64,000 nucleotides of DNA from a virus. The stretch is taken from IMG/VR virus record IMGVR_UViG_3300045988_166055, positions 1 through 64,000 of that record; one strand, written 5' to 3'. Under the pieces are notes generated by a model. That model made no database searches, was not told where the DNA came from, and saw only the letters and a program-made list of their open reading frames with translations. A program made the translations under genes and the position numbers. How positions within the stretch are numbered: the stretch's first letter is position 1; each line of letters opens with the position of its first letter. Below are positions 26,040 through 35,800 of the stretch, in pieces.

Positions 26040-27053
26040 ATGCCTTCTCTTGCTGTAAAATATAGACCTAAGACATTTGAAGATCTTGTTGAGCAGTCTA
26101 TTGTTCGAGATATTCTCGTTAAAATTTGCGATACAGATCCAATTGTTGTGAGAAACTTTCTTCTTATTGGACCTGCAGGATGTGGTAAGACAACACTAAG
26201 TCGAATCATAGCAAACAAATTGAATGGAAACTCTTCGAACATAATTGAAATTGACGCGGCATCTAATAATGGCGTTGACAGCGTCAGGTCAATTGTAGAT
26301 CAAGCTAGGACATTTCCTGTTGGTAGCAAGTATAAGGTTTTCATTTGTGATGAATGCCATGCATTTACATCAAACTCTTGGCAGATATTTTTGAAGACGC
26401 TTGAAGAAAGTCCTGCAAAGACAATTTTCTGTTTCTGCACAACTAACCCGGAGAAGATCCCTGCAACAATTTTATCAAGAGTTCAAACATTCCAGCTGTC
26501 CAAAATCAGTCTAGAAGGAATCACTTCTAGATTGAAGTATGTTCTTGATAATGAGATTTCAGAAGGAAGAAGTATAACTTATGATATGAAAGCAGTAAGC
26601 TACATTGCTAAGCTTGCTAGAGGCGGAATGCGAGATGCACTTACTTTACTCGATAAAGCTCTTTCATACAGTGAAGATGTTTCTCTTGAAAATATATCAA
26701 ATTCTCTGAATCTTCCTAACTACGATGATTATTTTGATCTTCTTAATGCCTGTGCAAAGAAGGACAATTCCGCTATTGCTAAGATAGTCAACGATGTTTA
26801 CAATTCTGGAGTAAACTTTGTAAATTGGTTCACAGGATTTCATTCATTTGTAATGAACATTGTTAAGTACATCTTTCTTAAAGACATCAATGAGACAATG
26901 ATTCCTTCATACTATGAGGATAAGATTTCGTCTTATAATGCTAAACATTCAATGATCTGTCTTAAGCTTGCAAATAAGCTTCTGAAGATGAACAACGAAT
27001 TGAAGACTACATCTTATCTTCAAGAGCTTGCTCTTACATACCTTTGTAGCTGA
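26040..27053 (+). CDS. dnaX: clamp loader ATPase, DNA pol III gamma/tau-like
   Basis: KYRPKTFEDLVEQ, Walker A GPAGCGKTT, Walker B FICDECH, sensor LSRVQTF. Confidence 0.8.
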   Translation: MPSLAVKYRPKTFEDLVEQSIVRDILVKICDTDPIVVRNFLLIGPAGCGKTTLSRIIANKLNGNSSNIIEIDAASNNGVDSVRSIVDQARTFPVGSKYKVFICDECHAFTSNSWQIFLKTLEESPAKTIFCFCTTNPEKIPATILSRVQTFQLSKISLEGITSRLKYVLDNEISEGRSITYDMKAVSYIAKLARGGMRDALTLLDKALSYSEDVSLENISNSLNLPNYDDYFDLLNACAKKDNSAIAKIVNDVYNSGVNFVNWFTGFHSFVMNIVKYIFLKDINETMIPSYYEDKISSYNAKHSMICLKLANKLLKMNNELKTTSYLQELALTYLCS

Positions 27054-27062
27054 GGTGAAATT

Positions 27063-27623
27063 ATGGGCAATCTAAAGGAAATTGAAACTTTATATGATTC
27101 AGACCTAAGAGATATGATAGACTGGTGTTATGATATGTATCAGTCTATATTCTCTAAGTATTTTGATATTCAGCGTGATATGTTTGTTAGAATGAAGTCT
27201 GAAGAAAGACCTATTACAGATGATGAGCTTGAGTGGATTCTTACACAAGTTCCAATGAATCTGTTTGATGCAGCAGAGCATCTTGCTACAATTACTACTA
27301 AGCAAGAAATCATCAAGTTAGGATGCAAGAAAAGAGAGAATGAATTCTATAAGAATTCTTCTGAATCTACTGATACTAAGAAGAAGGAAGAAGCGTCTAT
27401 AAAAGTAACAGAAGATAAGATTCTCATTCTTGCATATGATAACTTGATAACTAGAGTAGAGAAAGAAATGTCTTACTCACGAGAGTTGATCATGTCAGCT
27501 AAAAAGATATATGATTCTAGGAGAAATACAGAGCAATCTAATCCTGTATCAGAAGTAAATAGTAAATCTAACGATCTTCCAAACTATTATTCAAGCATTC
27601 CGGGAAAGCAACCTATTGGTTAA
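27063..27623 (+). CDS. hypothetical protein
   Basis: 186-aa ORF immediately upstream of the recombinase. No family recognised. Confidence 0.5.
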   Translation: MGNLKEIETLYDSDLRDMIDWCYDMYQSIFSKYFDIQRDMFVRMKSEERPITDDELEWILTQVPMNLFDAAEHLATITTKQEIIKLGCKKRENEFYKNSSESTDTKKKEEASIKVTEDKILILAYDNLITRVEKEMSYSRELIMSAKKIYDSRRNTEQSNPVSEVNSKSNDLPNYYSSIPGKQPIG

Positions 27624-27634
27624 GAGGTGAAAAT

Positions 27635-28816
27635 ATGTCTCTATACGATGATATAATCAACAAAAAGAAGAAAGAATGGTCTGCTGAAAACCTCATGGAT
27701 GGTGCTAAGCAGTCAAGAGGAAAGAAGATCCCTTTTTCATCTCCTCTTATGAACTGGTCTACTTATGGGGGTATTCCTCGTGATAAGATTACTGAGTTCT
27801 TCGGTGAGCCTGGAGGAGGAAAAAGTACTAGCGCAGTAGATATCTGTAAAAATGCGTATCCAATTTTCAAGCAGGAGCACGAAGACAGAATCAACTATCT
27901 TAGAGGCGTTGCTAAGACAGGAAACAAGGGCGCAGCTGCTGAGATGGAAGAGCTAATGGAAAATGGACCGAAGAAAATCCTTTACATTGATCTAGAGCAT
28001 TCTTTTGATAGCCAGTGGGCTTCTACTATTGGGATCAAGCCAGAGGAAATAGAAATTATGCAGCCGCCCGATGTAGTTGCAGAAGATATTCTTCAGACTG
28101 TTCAAGAACTAATCTGTACAGGTCAGGTAGGTCTTGTTGTTCTAGACTCCATACCTTCTCTTGTGCCGAAGGCAGAATTAGAGAAGAAATATGGTGAAAG
28201 AACAGTTGCATCGCTAGCAGGGCTTCTTACCATTTTCTTCCGTAAGATTGTTCCTATACTTACTCGTTATGGATGCACATTGATTTTTATCAACCAGATC
28301 CGTCAGAACATGGACAATCCTTATGTTGTTAAAACACCTGGAGGCGAAGCTCCTAAGTTCTATGCCTCTATGCGAATTCTTTTCCAAATCGGCAATCCTG
28401 TAGACTTCTTAGGTAATGAGCTTCCAAAGAGCTCAGAGAATCCTGCTGGTTATATTGTTAACGCAAAATTAGTGAAGCAGAAAAGCGCACCTAACGACAG
28501 AAAGAATGCTTCATATTTTCTGATGTGTCAATCTGGTATTAGAGAAGATATGGACTTCGCTAATCTTGCAATGAAGAAGTATGGGATCATTCATAAGGCT
28601 GCAGCTTGGTTCAGCTTTGCAGATCCTTACACAGGTGAAGCTATTGAAGAAGACGGTAAACTTGTTAAAGTTAACGGAATGGCAAAAGTATATGAATACT
28701 TGAAGTCAAACAAAGAGTATTACTCCAAACTGAAGAAGTATATAATGGATGATATATACGGAAAATCTGAGGACGAAATAAACGAAAATTCAGAAGAATC
28801 TTCAGAAGAACTTTAA
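27635..28816 (+). CDS. recA: RecA/UvsX-like recombinase
   Basis: GGIPRDKITEFFGEPGGGKST (Walker A), LVVLDSIPSL (Walker B), LIFINQIRQN. Acidic C-terminus. Confidence 0.85.
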   Translation: MSLYDDIINKKKKEWSAENLMDGAKQSRGKKIPFSSPLMNWSTYGGIPRDKITEFFGEPGGGKSTSAVDICKNAYPIFKQEHEDRINYLRGVAKTGNKGAAAEMEELMENGPKKILYIDLEHSFDSQWASTIGIKPEEIEIMQPPDVVAEDILQTVQELICTGQVGLVVLDSIPSLVPKAELEKKYGERTVASLAGLLTIFFRKIVPILTRYGCTLIFINQIRQNMDNPYVVKTPGGEAPKFYASMRILFQIGNPVDFLGNELPKSSENPAGYIVNAKLVKQKSAPNDRKNASYFLMCQSGIREDMDFANLAMKKYGIIHKAAAWFSFADPYTGEAIEEDGKLVKVNGMAKVYEYLKSNKEYYSKLKKYIMDDIYGKSEDEINENSEESSEEL

Positions 28817-28824
28817 GAAACTTG

Positions 28825-28855
28825 GGCGGTCAATTATTTGACCGTCTGTTTCTTT
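28825..28855 (+). terminator. rho-independent terminator
   Basis: GGCGGTCA 28825-28832 pairs with TGACCGTC 28839-28846 (one G-U), then TGTTTCTTTG. Confidence 0.6.
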
Positions 28856-28870
28856 GAATCGTTATTGTAT
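28856..28870 (+). promoter_or_regulatory. GAATCGTTAT-TGTAT motif site
   Basis: Immediately after the terminator, 34 nt upstream of ATG 28890. Confidence 0.45.
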
Positions 28871-28889
28871 ACATAGGAGAGTGTATGAT

Positions 28890-29393
28890 ATGTCTACAAA
28901 AGATTTTTCAAGCATTCAAGAGAATAGGGTTGCAGACTATTTAGGATTCTGTGTCGTCTCGGGAAGTGGCGCAAGAGATTGTCATCCAGGTGATATAATT
29001 GGTAAGGAATGGTTAGGCGAATGCAAAACTCATATTTCTAAAGTTTCAAGAATATCATTCAAGTTAGATGTATGGAAGAAGATATGCGATGAAGCAATCG
29101 CTAAACATAGATATCCTATACTTATTGTTGATGAAGGATCTCAAGAATTAGCTAACACTTGGGTAATGGTAAGGATTTCATCTTTGTCTAGAGATTTCTC
29201 AAAAATAGAAATCAATTCAAGCATTGCTCAAATTTCTAAGAACACAATATCTTTTCTAAATAGGGATACGAAAAAAGTATATGATAGATGTGTTTTCTAT
29301 CTTAGTACTAGTAAGGTTGTTATGACTATGATAGCATATGATGAGGAGGTAGGTTTCATGCCGCTCTCAGTGTTTAAGGAGGTTGTTATCTAA
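28890..29393 (+). CDS. PD-(D/E)XK nuclease, possible Holliday-junction resolvase
   Basis: ENRVADYLGF...HPGDIIGKEWLGECKTH (E...D...ExK). The track start 28854 lies in the promoter motif; ATG 28890 follows TAGGAGAG. Confidence 0.4.
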   Translation: MSTKDFSSIQENRVADYLGFCVVSGSGARDCHPGDIIGKEWLGECKTHISKVSRISFKLDVWKKICDEAIAKHRYPILIVDEGSQELANTWVMVRISSLSRDFSKIEINSSIAQISKNTISFLNRDTKKVYDRCVFYLSTSKVVMTMIAYDEEVGFMPLSVFKEVVI

Positions 29394-29394
29394 G

Positions 29395-30312
29395 ATGAAA
29401 TCAATTCAAGACGCTGGGAGAGAAATACTTACTAACAATCCTTGTAAAATGTATGTCTTTACAGGTGAAGAATATGGTATAAAGAAGCGATACTTATCTA
29501 TACTTAGTTCATATTATGGGTCATCTAAAGAGTATGAAAAAGTTGAAGATGTATTATCTATATTTCGTTCGAAGAGATTGATAAAGCTTCAGCCCTGCTT
29601 GTACATTGTGAGATATGATGAGGACTTCATAAAGTCATTGAATGATAGATCAGAGAATGATATCCGCAAATTAAATATTTGCGGTACTATTGTTCTTATC
29701 TATGAAAATTCAAAACAATCATCAAAATTGGAAAAATATCTTCCGTCATATACAACATCTGTTGACTCTGTTAACATAAATTTTATGATAAAATATATTC
29801 TTTCCGAATTCAAAAACATGTCTGAGAAAACTGCAAGAGACATATGCGAAATATCTTCTAACTATGGACAAGCACAAAACATTTCATCGTGTTTGTCTCT
29901 TCTTTCTTCTCAAGAATCAGGAAACATATCAAAGCTATCTATGATGGAGTTGTTTGGAAAAGCGTCAGTTTCAAATGATTCAATGATAAAGATTGGAGTA
30001 GCGTCCAAGAATTTTAAGTATCTTATTTCAGTAATTGAAAGATACAATGATGACAAGGATAAAATTTTCTACTCAATACTATCTACTATGCTCGATCTAG
30101 ATAAACTTAAATCTAATCCATATTTTGATTGCGAAGCTAAAGCGTACGCTAAATATTGGTCAGGTCCAGATATCTATTACATGTTTTTAAATACTTATAG
30201 CATGCTTAAGCTATCTCGGTCATACAACAGTTTTGACGTTGACAACGCGTTGATTTATCTTTTTAGTCTTCTTCAATTTGATCATGTACCAAGTGAGGTG
30301 GAATTAGCATGA
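29395..30312 (+). CDS. holA: clamp loader delta (HolA)-like subunit
   Basis: Size is ~305 aa. The N-terminus ...PCKMYVFTGEEYGIKKRYLSIL resembles a HolA start. Lies between the resolvase-like gene and the delta-prime gene. The start is 29383 (TTG) or 29395 (ATG). Confidence 0.4.
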   Translation: MKSIQDAGREILTNNPCKMYVFTGEEYGIKKRYLSILSSYYGSSKEYEKVEDVLSIFRSKRLIKLQPCLYIVRYDEDFIKSLNDRSENDIRKLNICGTIVLIYENSKQSSKLEKYLPSYTTSVDSVNINFMIKYILSEFKNMSEKTARDICEISSNYGQAQNISSCLSLLSSQESGNISKLSMMELFGKASVSNDSMIKIGVASKNFKYLISVIERYNDDKDKIFYSILSTMLDLDKLKSNPYFDCEAKAYAKYWSGPDIYYMFLNTYSMLKLSRSYNSFDVDNALIYLFSLLQFDHVPSEVELA

Positions 30313-31091
30313 ACTTTGTTTCTCAAAAGGCACCTACATTGCAGTTGATGGATTTAGCTAATTCAAGACATCATAGTGTATTGATTGAGGGGACTCAAGG
30401 ATGCGGTAAAACATATCTTGCTAAACAATATGCAGCTATGCTTAACATATCTGATTTTGAAATAGTTAAGTGTTCAGTGGATACAATCCGAGATGCAATT
30501 GAAGAAACATGCAAGATAAAAAATGACGTAGTCATCTGTCTTGAGAATCTAGATGATGGTGTAATTTCCGCTTCATACACAATCCTTAAGTTTCTTGAAG
30601 AGCCGCTACCTAATGTTTATATTGTAGTAACTTGCAGAAATATAAAGAAAGTTCCTGATACAATCATAAGCAGAAGTGCAGTTGTTAGCTGTGGACCACC
30701 TATTGATAAAGATATTGAAGATTTTGCTGTTAGCAGGAACTCTAAGAAATTCAACGACTTGTCAAATACTAACATTTGGAAATGTGTAAGGTCATTCAAA
30801 GATGCAGAATATGTGTTATCTATGAATGATGAACAGATAAAGTACTTTAACCAATTAGATAAGATGATGTCATTTTCTGATACTGTTTCAAACATAATTT
30901 GGAAATTAGGGCATTATGAAGATAATTCAGAAATTCCTGTCGGATTGGTGATGCAATATATCATTTCAAAGACAATTTCTAAAACAATCAGACGCGCAGC
31001 TATAAGATGTATGTCAGACATTTCACTAGGAAGGCTTGCCCAGCATGCTTGCTTAGCTCGATTTGTGTTTGAAGCAAAATATGTTGAGTAA
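30309..31091 (+). CDS. holB: clamp loader delta-prime (HolB)-like AAA+ subunit
   Basis: HSVLIEGTQGCGKTYLAKQYA, LKFLEEPLPNVYIVVTC, PDTIISRSAVV. Confidence 0.65.
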   Translation: MNFVSQKAPTLQLMDLANSRHHSVLIEGTQGCGKTYLAKQYAAMLNISDFEIVKCSVDTIRDAIEETCKIKNDVVICLENLDDGVISASYTILKFLEEPLPNVYIVVTCRNIKKVPDTIISRSAVVSCGPPIDKDIEDFAVSRNSKKFNDLSNTNIWKCVRSFKDAEYVLSMNDEQIKYFNQLDKMMSFSDTVSNIIWKLGHYEDNSEIPVGLVMQYIISKTISKTIRRAAIRCMSDISLGRLAQHACLARFVFEAKYVE

Positions 31092-31106
31092 ACTTGACCT
31101 TGAATA

Positions 31107-31116
31107 TAATCGTTAT
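31107..31116 (+). promoter_or_regulatory. TAATCGTTAT motif site
   Basis: Exact 9-mer core, 50 nt upstream of ATG 31157. Confidence 0.4.
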
Positions 31117-31156
31117 CAAAGATAAGTAAACTATATGATTTGAAAGGTGTTTATAC

Positions 31157-32119
31157 ATGGAAAGATATGTGTTTTCTGGTTCATTGACGGATGAGATGCA
31201 TGACATGCTTGCAGGTATGCCAGATTTCAAACCATTTGATATTCTTGTATCTCAGCTTGATAGAAGCGCAATTAAGAAGACAATCAAATGGAAGCATGAA
31301 GGATTCTGCAGATGGCTATTTATTGATAGCGGAGCTTATTCCGTGCATACCGGAAATGCAAAAATAACTGCAGACGAATACATAGATTACATCAACTCTA
31401 TTGACGAAGATATTGATGTATGCGCACAGCTTGATACAATTCCAGGTCATTTTGGTCAACCTAAGTCTCAGAGAGACTATGAAGAATCTGCAACAAAAAG
31501 CTGGGAAAATTATCTATATATGCGTAGCAAATTGAAGTCACCTGAAAAGGTAATGCCGGTGTTTCACTTCGGTGAAAGCTTTGACGCATTAGGTAATATG
31601 CTGTCATGGAGAGATGAAAAAGGGAATAAACTTGATTACGTAGGGATAAGCCCAGCAAACGATGCTTCACAGGCTCAAAAGAACATTTATTTGAGAGAGG
31701 TCGCAGATTACATAGCGAAATCTGACAATCCTATGGTTAAGACCCACTTATATGGAATGACAAGCATTGACGCACTAAGTAAATATCCTTGTTACTCTGC
31801 AGATAGCATCAGTCATAGACTTATCTCCGGATATGCGAAGATTCTAGTACCTGAATTCGGTGTCATTTCAGTGTCAAAGAAATCGCGAAGCGTTAAGACC
31901 AAATCAAACATGAGCTTCATTGATACTGCAGATGAATACAATTTGAAGAAATTGAATGATTATATAAACAAACTTGGATTCACTCTTGAGCAAGTTCAGG
32001 AATCTTCTTCAATTCGTGTTTGCATAACAATGCACGCAATTAGAGAGATGGTTGAGGGAGATTTTAAGTATAACGGTAACAATGTTTTGAAGTCAAAGAA
32101 GCTTTTTAGTTTCCAGTGA
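31157..32119 (+). CDS. dpdA: tRNA-guanine-transglycosylase-like DNA 7-deazaguanine transglycosylase (DpdA candidate)
   Basis: WLFIDSGAYSVHTG...ADEYIDYINSIDEDIDVCAQLDTIPG and VFHFGE...YVGISP match my recollection of phage DpdA/TGT-fold proteins. A complete preQ1 pathway is present in the same genome. Confidence 0.55.
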   Translation: MERYVFSGSLTDEMHDMLAGMPDFKPFDILVSQLDRSAIKKTIKWKHEGFCRWLFIDSGAYSVHTGNAKITADEYIDYINSIDEDIDVCAQLDTIPGHFGQPKSQRDYEESATKSWENYLYMRSKLKSPEKVMPVFHFGESFDALGNMLSWRDEKGNKLDYVGISPANDASQAQKNIYLREVADYIAKSDNPMVKTHLYGMTSIDALSKYPCYSADSISHRLISGYAKILVPEFGVISVSKKSRSVKTKSNMSFIDTADEYNLKKLNDYINKLGFTLEQVQESSSIRVCITMHAIREMVEGDFKYNGNNVLKSKKLFSFQ

Positions 32120-32129
32120 GGAAAATTCT

Positions 32130-32687
32130 ATGGAAGAAATTTGGAAGGATATTCCTGGATATGAAGGACTATATCAAGCATCTAATCTTGGACAAATAAG
32201 AAGCCTAGATAGGGTTGTTGAATATGTTAAACATTATTCAGATAGAGATGTAAAAGCTGTTCACAAATTCAAGGGGAAGGTTCTTAAGCAAACATTTACC
32301 TCTGGTTATCTGGGAGTACTTCTTAGTATAGATGGAAAAACAAAAGATGCTCTTGTTCACAGATTGGTTGCATGTACTTTTGTTGATAATCCTGGCAATA
32401 AACCTCAGGTAGATCATAAAGATGGTGATAGAACTAACAACAATGCTGAAAATCTTGTTTGGGTAACTAGCAGAGAAAATCACGCCAGCACAATTTCTAG
32501 AGGTGCACACACTTGTCAAAAGTTATTCAAACAGAAAATGATAATTGATGTTGATACGGGTGAAATTTTTGATTCAATGCTTTCGGCAGAAACAATGTAT
32601 GGTATTCCTAGGGGCAGAATTTCGTCTGCTATAAAATCTAATCAAAGAGTATACGGGCACAAATTTGAATTGTACAAAGGAGGTTGA
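32130..32687 (+). mobile_element. HNH homing endonuclease gene (NUMOD4 + HNH_3)
   Basis: EIWKDIPGYEGLYQASNLGQIRS (NUMOD4); VDHKDGDRTNNNAENLVWVTSRENH (HNH). Confidence 0.85.
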
Positions 32688-32692
32688 CTCAA

Positions 32693-33328
32693 ATGACTGA
32701 TATTAAAGACAGCGGAAAAAGAACAGATTTCGAAAACGGCGCTGTGAGAGAAATAAGAGAAGAAAACGGAAGGTGCGATCTTTTACCTCTAAAGCAAGTT
32801 GCAATGCTTTTTGACAATGATTACATAGTTAAAAAAGCTCTTGAAGGAATCGATGACTATATTTACAATGGTAATAAAGATGGAATCATCTACGCTCTTA
32901 AATCTTTCTGTAAAATGCAGTGTAGAGATTCAATGCCTGAGATGATTCTCATGGTTTCTCATCATTATAAGGATGCTCTTTCAAAGTATCCCGAAAGAAA
33001 CTGGGAGAAGGGACTTCCTACGCATTCATTTGTCGATTCCGGTGTAAGACATCTTCTTAAACTCGCAAGAGGAGACCAAGACGAACCGCATAACAATGCT
33101 TTTGTTTGGAATATGCTTGGAATCCTATGGAATGATGAGCATCATCCAGAATTAGTTGATATGCCATTTGTGGATAAGCTTGTTAGCCCTAACAAATATA
33201 GACCTGAATGTGACTTGTCTACTGCTTCAGATACAATTTCTGATAAGTCGACTGTTGCTCATAATATAAATCCGCCTAAGGGTAGACAGTGGTCATATGT
33301 AAACAGATCATCAACTAAAAATTTTTGA
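32693..33328 (+). CDS. all-alpha NTP pyrophosphohydrolase, DUF5664 / dATP-dGTP diphosphohydrolase-N family-like
   Basis: KDSGKRTDFENGAVREIREENGRCDLLP...KYPERNWEKGLPTHSFVDSGVRHLLKLARGDQDEPHNNAFVWNMLGI. ATG 32693 lies 10 nt after AAGGAGG. Confidence 0.5.
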   Translation: MTDIKDSGKRTDFENGAVREIREENGRCDLLPLKQVAMLFDNDYIVKKALEGIDDYIYNGNKDGIIYALKSFCKMQCRDSMPEMILMVSHHYKDALSKYPERNWEKGLPTHSFVDSGVRHLLKLARGDQDEPHNNAFVWNMLGILWNDEHHPELVDMPFVDKLVSPNKYRPECDLSTASDTISDKSTVAHNINPPKGRQWSYVNRSSTKNF

Positions 33329-33337
33329 TTTCAAAAA

Positions 33338-33366
33338 GGTTGTGAGTGAAAATACCGCTCACAACC
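33338..33366 (+). terminator. hairpin (weak terminator) followed by AACCTTGTATACTT
   Basis: GGTTGTGAG 33338-33346 pairs with CTCACAACC 33358-33366. The downstream tail is only moderately T-rich. Confidence 0.4.
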
Positions 33367-33408
33367 TTGTATACTTCCAGAATCGACATGAAATTGGAGG
33401 AATTCACA

Positions 33409-33675
33409 ATGTCTCTAATTCCTAGAGAAGAGTTAACAACTCTTAAACCAGCTAATGATGTCCGAATTGTTGCGGATGGTGCATATGAAATTCATGAAGA
33501 AATGTCAGTAGCACATGATATAAATACAGCAGCTAACTCAGGTGAAAAGTCTGTTGCAATTGTTAGAAAGCTATCAGATAATTTAGCAAAAAAGCTGAAA
33601 GCACAGGGATATACAATTACAGATGCATCTGAAAACTATCCTGAACCTTACTGTTATGTAATTTCCTGGATGTGA
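33409..33675 (+). CDS. hypothetical protein
   Basis: ATG lies 8 nt after GGAGGA. The track ORF starts inside the hairpin. Confidence 0.5.
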   Translation: MSLIPREELTTLKPANDVRIVADGAYEIHEEMSVAHDINTAANSGEKSVAIVRKLSDNLAKKLKAQGYTITDASENYPEPYCYVISWM

Positions 33676-33679
33676 TACA

Positions 33680-34048
33680 ATGAGATATGAAAATGTATTC
33701 TGCTTGAAGGCAGCATCATATCCTGAGTTGATATCTAATCGTCGTGTATTCAATTTAGGAGAAGTTAATGACATTCTTGAAGTTTGCTTTCCACATGGAA
33801 TAAAGTCAATATATGAAATAAAGCACATATCAAATCCCGAATATGAAGTAGATATATCTATTTATCTAAAGCCTACATGCAGCTGTTGGAAACAGATAAT
33901 GAAAGAAGGTCTATGCCTAACTCCAGGTCAGCATGATTACAGAGTCAAGTATTATGACTCAGTTATTCGTACAACTCGTTACATGTACTTCGGATACATT
34001 ATTCAAGATAACAATCCAGATAAACCGTATGTTTATATGAGCAGGTGA
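33680..34048 (+). CDS. hypothetical protein
   Basis: 122-aa ORF, tightly packed. Confidence 0.5.
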   Translation: MRYENVFCLKAASYPELISNRRVFNLGEVNDILEVCFPHGIKSIYEIKHISNPEYEVDISIYLKPTCSCWKQIMKEGLCLTPGQHDYRVKYYDSVIRTTRYMYFGYIIQDNNPDKPYVYMSR

Positions 34049-34052
34049 ATAC

Positions 34053-35129
34053 ATGAAGATATTGGCTAAACTATACAAGTACAATGCAAACACTAATAAT
34101 AAAAATACAGGTGACTGCGTAGCTAGGTCAATATCATTAGCTCTAGGTATGGACTATGACGAAGTAAAACGCGGTCTCAAAAAAGTAGGTCACGAAATGA
34201 ATCTTCCTGGATGGAATTATTTTAGAGGATTCACAAGGTATATTCGTGAACAAGTTGGATATGATATATCATGGAGAAAACCTGTTGAAGTTTTCAACCA
34301 GACAATGACGGTAGAAGAATTTTCTCAAGAACTTGATACTGGAACCTATCTTTTACTTTGTGGAAAAGTAGAAGGTTCTACAAATCATATGGTTGCTTTA
34401 ATAGATGGTAACTACTATGACTCATGGGACAGCTCAAACAGAATTGTTTCATATTTCATGGTGATAGATGACGAAGGTCAATCTATTTCAGACGGTGTAG
34501 ATGTAAATGACATCTCAATGAGAATATTGGATGAGGTAGATAAGTACATTGAAAAGTTAAACAGCAAGTGTGCATATTTTCATCTTGATTGCGGAGGGTT
34601 GAAATCATCTACCGATGATTACACCAGGTCTTTTACTGTAGTAAACTACATTCACAAAGAAAGTTTCCCTGAAGAAGTTAAACCTTATTCAAACAGATAC
34701 AGGGATAGAGTAAGTAAGACATTTTATATCAAGATGAATCCTCATATGTCATATGATGTGAATTTTCAAAAGAATGTTGAAAGACTCCGTTACCAGATAA
34801 GAGAATGGAATTACGCGAACCGGAAAACAGTAGAAGATAAAGTAAAGGAAGTTCAAACTTCTAGGACAATGAACAAGGAGTTTAGAGGAGATCTTCAACT
34901 TCTTTCTAAGATTCCTAAGGAGTACCAGAAATATATAATTAGAGCAGAAGATAACGGAACATCTTATTATACAGATAGATATAGTGTTTCGTTGTATGCT
35001 TTGCCAAATGACCCGAATTACAATGACAGAGATAAGTGGGTTACATGCTACGGTGACAGCATTAGAGAGCTTATATCTAATTTGAAATATTATTTCATTG
35101 ACTTTCAAAGGTTTGGATACGACTACTAA
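34053..35129 (+). CDS. hypothetical protein, possible papain-like Cys/His peptidase N-domain
   Basis: NTGDCVARSISLAL ... GSTNHMVALIDGNYYDSWD gives Cys...His...D spacing. This is weak. Confidence 0.3.
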   Translation: MKILAKLYKYNANTNNKNTGDCVARSISLALGMDYDEVKRGLKKVGHEMNLPGWNYFRGFTRYIREQVGYDISWRKPVEVFNQTMTVEEFSQELDTGTYLLLCGKVEGSTNHMVALIDGNYYDSWDSSNRIVSYFMVIDDEGQSISDGVDVNDISMRILDEVDKYIEKLNSKCAYFHLDCGGLKSSTDDYTRSFTVVNYIHKESFPEEVKPYSNRYRDRVSKTFYIKMNPHMSYDVNFQKNVERLRYQIREWNYANRKTVEDKVKEVQTSRTMNKEFRGDLQLLSKIPKEYQKYIIRAEDNGTSYYTDRYSVSLYALPNDPNYNDRDKWVTCYGDSIRELISNLKYYFIDFQRFGYDY

Positions 35130-35143
35130 GGAGGGAGATCCTT

Positions 35144-35800
35144 TTGAATTACATATATGGTTGTAAGATGTTTAGATCAAGCTCAAGAAAAGATCACATA
35201 AGGGCAAATATTGCCAATCCTATCAATGTTGAGCTTGTTCAGCAAATTCAAGATCTTACTGATGATGAAGATACCGTAACTAATTCACCATCTGAAGGAA
35301 GTTCTGCTAACAATAAAGAACGAAAGATATTGAAGGGTCCTTCATCTTCTCCATCTGGTGGATCTTATTCTCCTTCGTTTAATGATAATTCAGAACCTTC
35401 TGATGAAGATATTTTCATTCCTGATGATGAAAAAAATAATGATTCAATTGACTCAGAGCAGATAGATGAGTCACCGGAATCAGACGATAATGTTGATGAC
35501 GGATCTTCTGATGATGAAGTAGAATCTTCTGAAGAAATTACTGCAGTAGTAGAAGATGAATTAGACATAAATCAGCTGAAAAGCATATTGAACAACAGCT
35601 ATTTAACTTACGGAGTTTCAAGAATATCTGAAAGAAAAAATGAAGTTTGGGTTTACTACAATGATGATATAAACTTGAATCCAATGCTATCTGACATAAT
35701 ATATTCAGTTGAATCTTCAAAATTCAAGAATCTTGAATTCAACAGAATAGCGAGATCAGATAACGCTGTAGTTTTTGAGAAGGTAGATAACGATGGTTAA
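35144..35800 (+). CDS. hypothetical protein with a Ser/Asp/Glu-rich low-complexity centre
   Basis: TTG lies 7 nt after AAGGAGGG. 218 aa. Confidence 0.5.
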   Translation: MNYIYGCKMFRSSSRKDHIRANIANPINVELVQQIQDLTDDEDTVTNSPSEGSSANNKERKILKGPSSSPSGGSYSPSFNDNSEPSDEDIFIPDDEKNNDSIDSEQIDESPESDDNVDDGSSDDEVESSEEITAVVEDELDINQLKSILNNSYLTYGVSRISERKNEVWVYYNDDINLNPMLSDIIYSVESSKFKNLEFNRIARSDNAVVFEKVDNDG

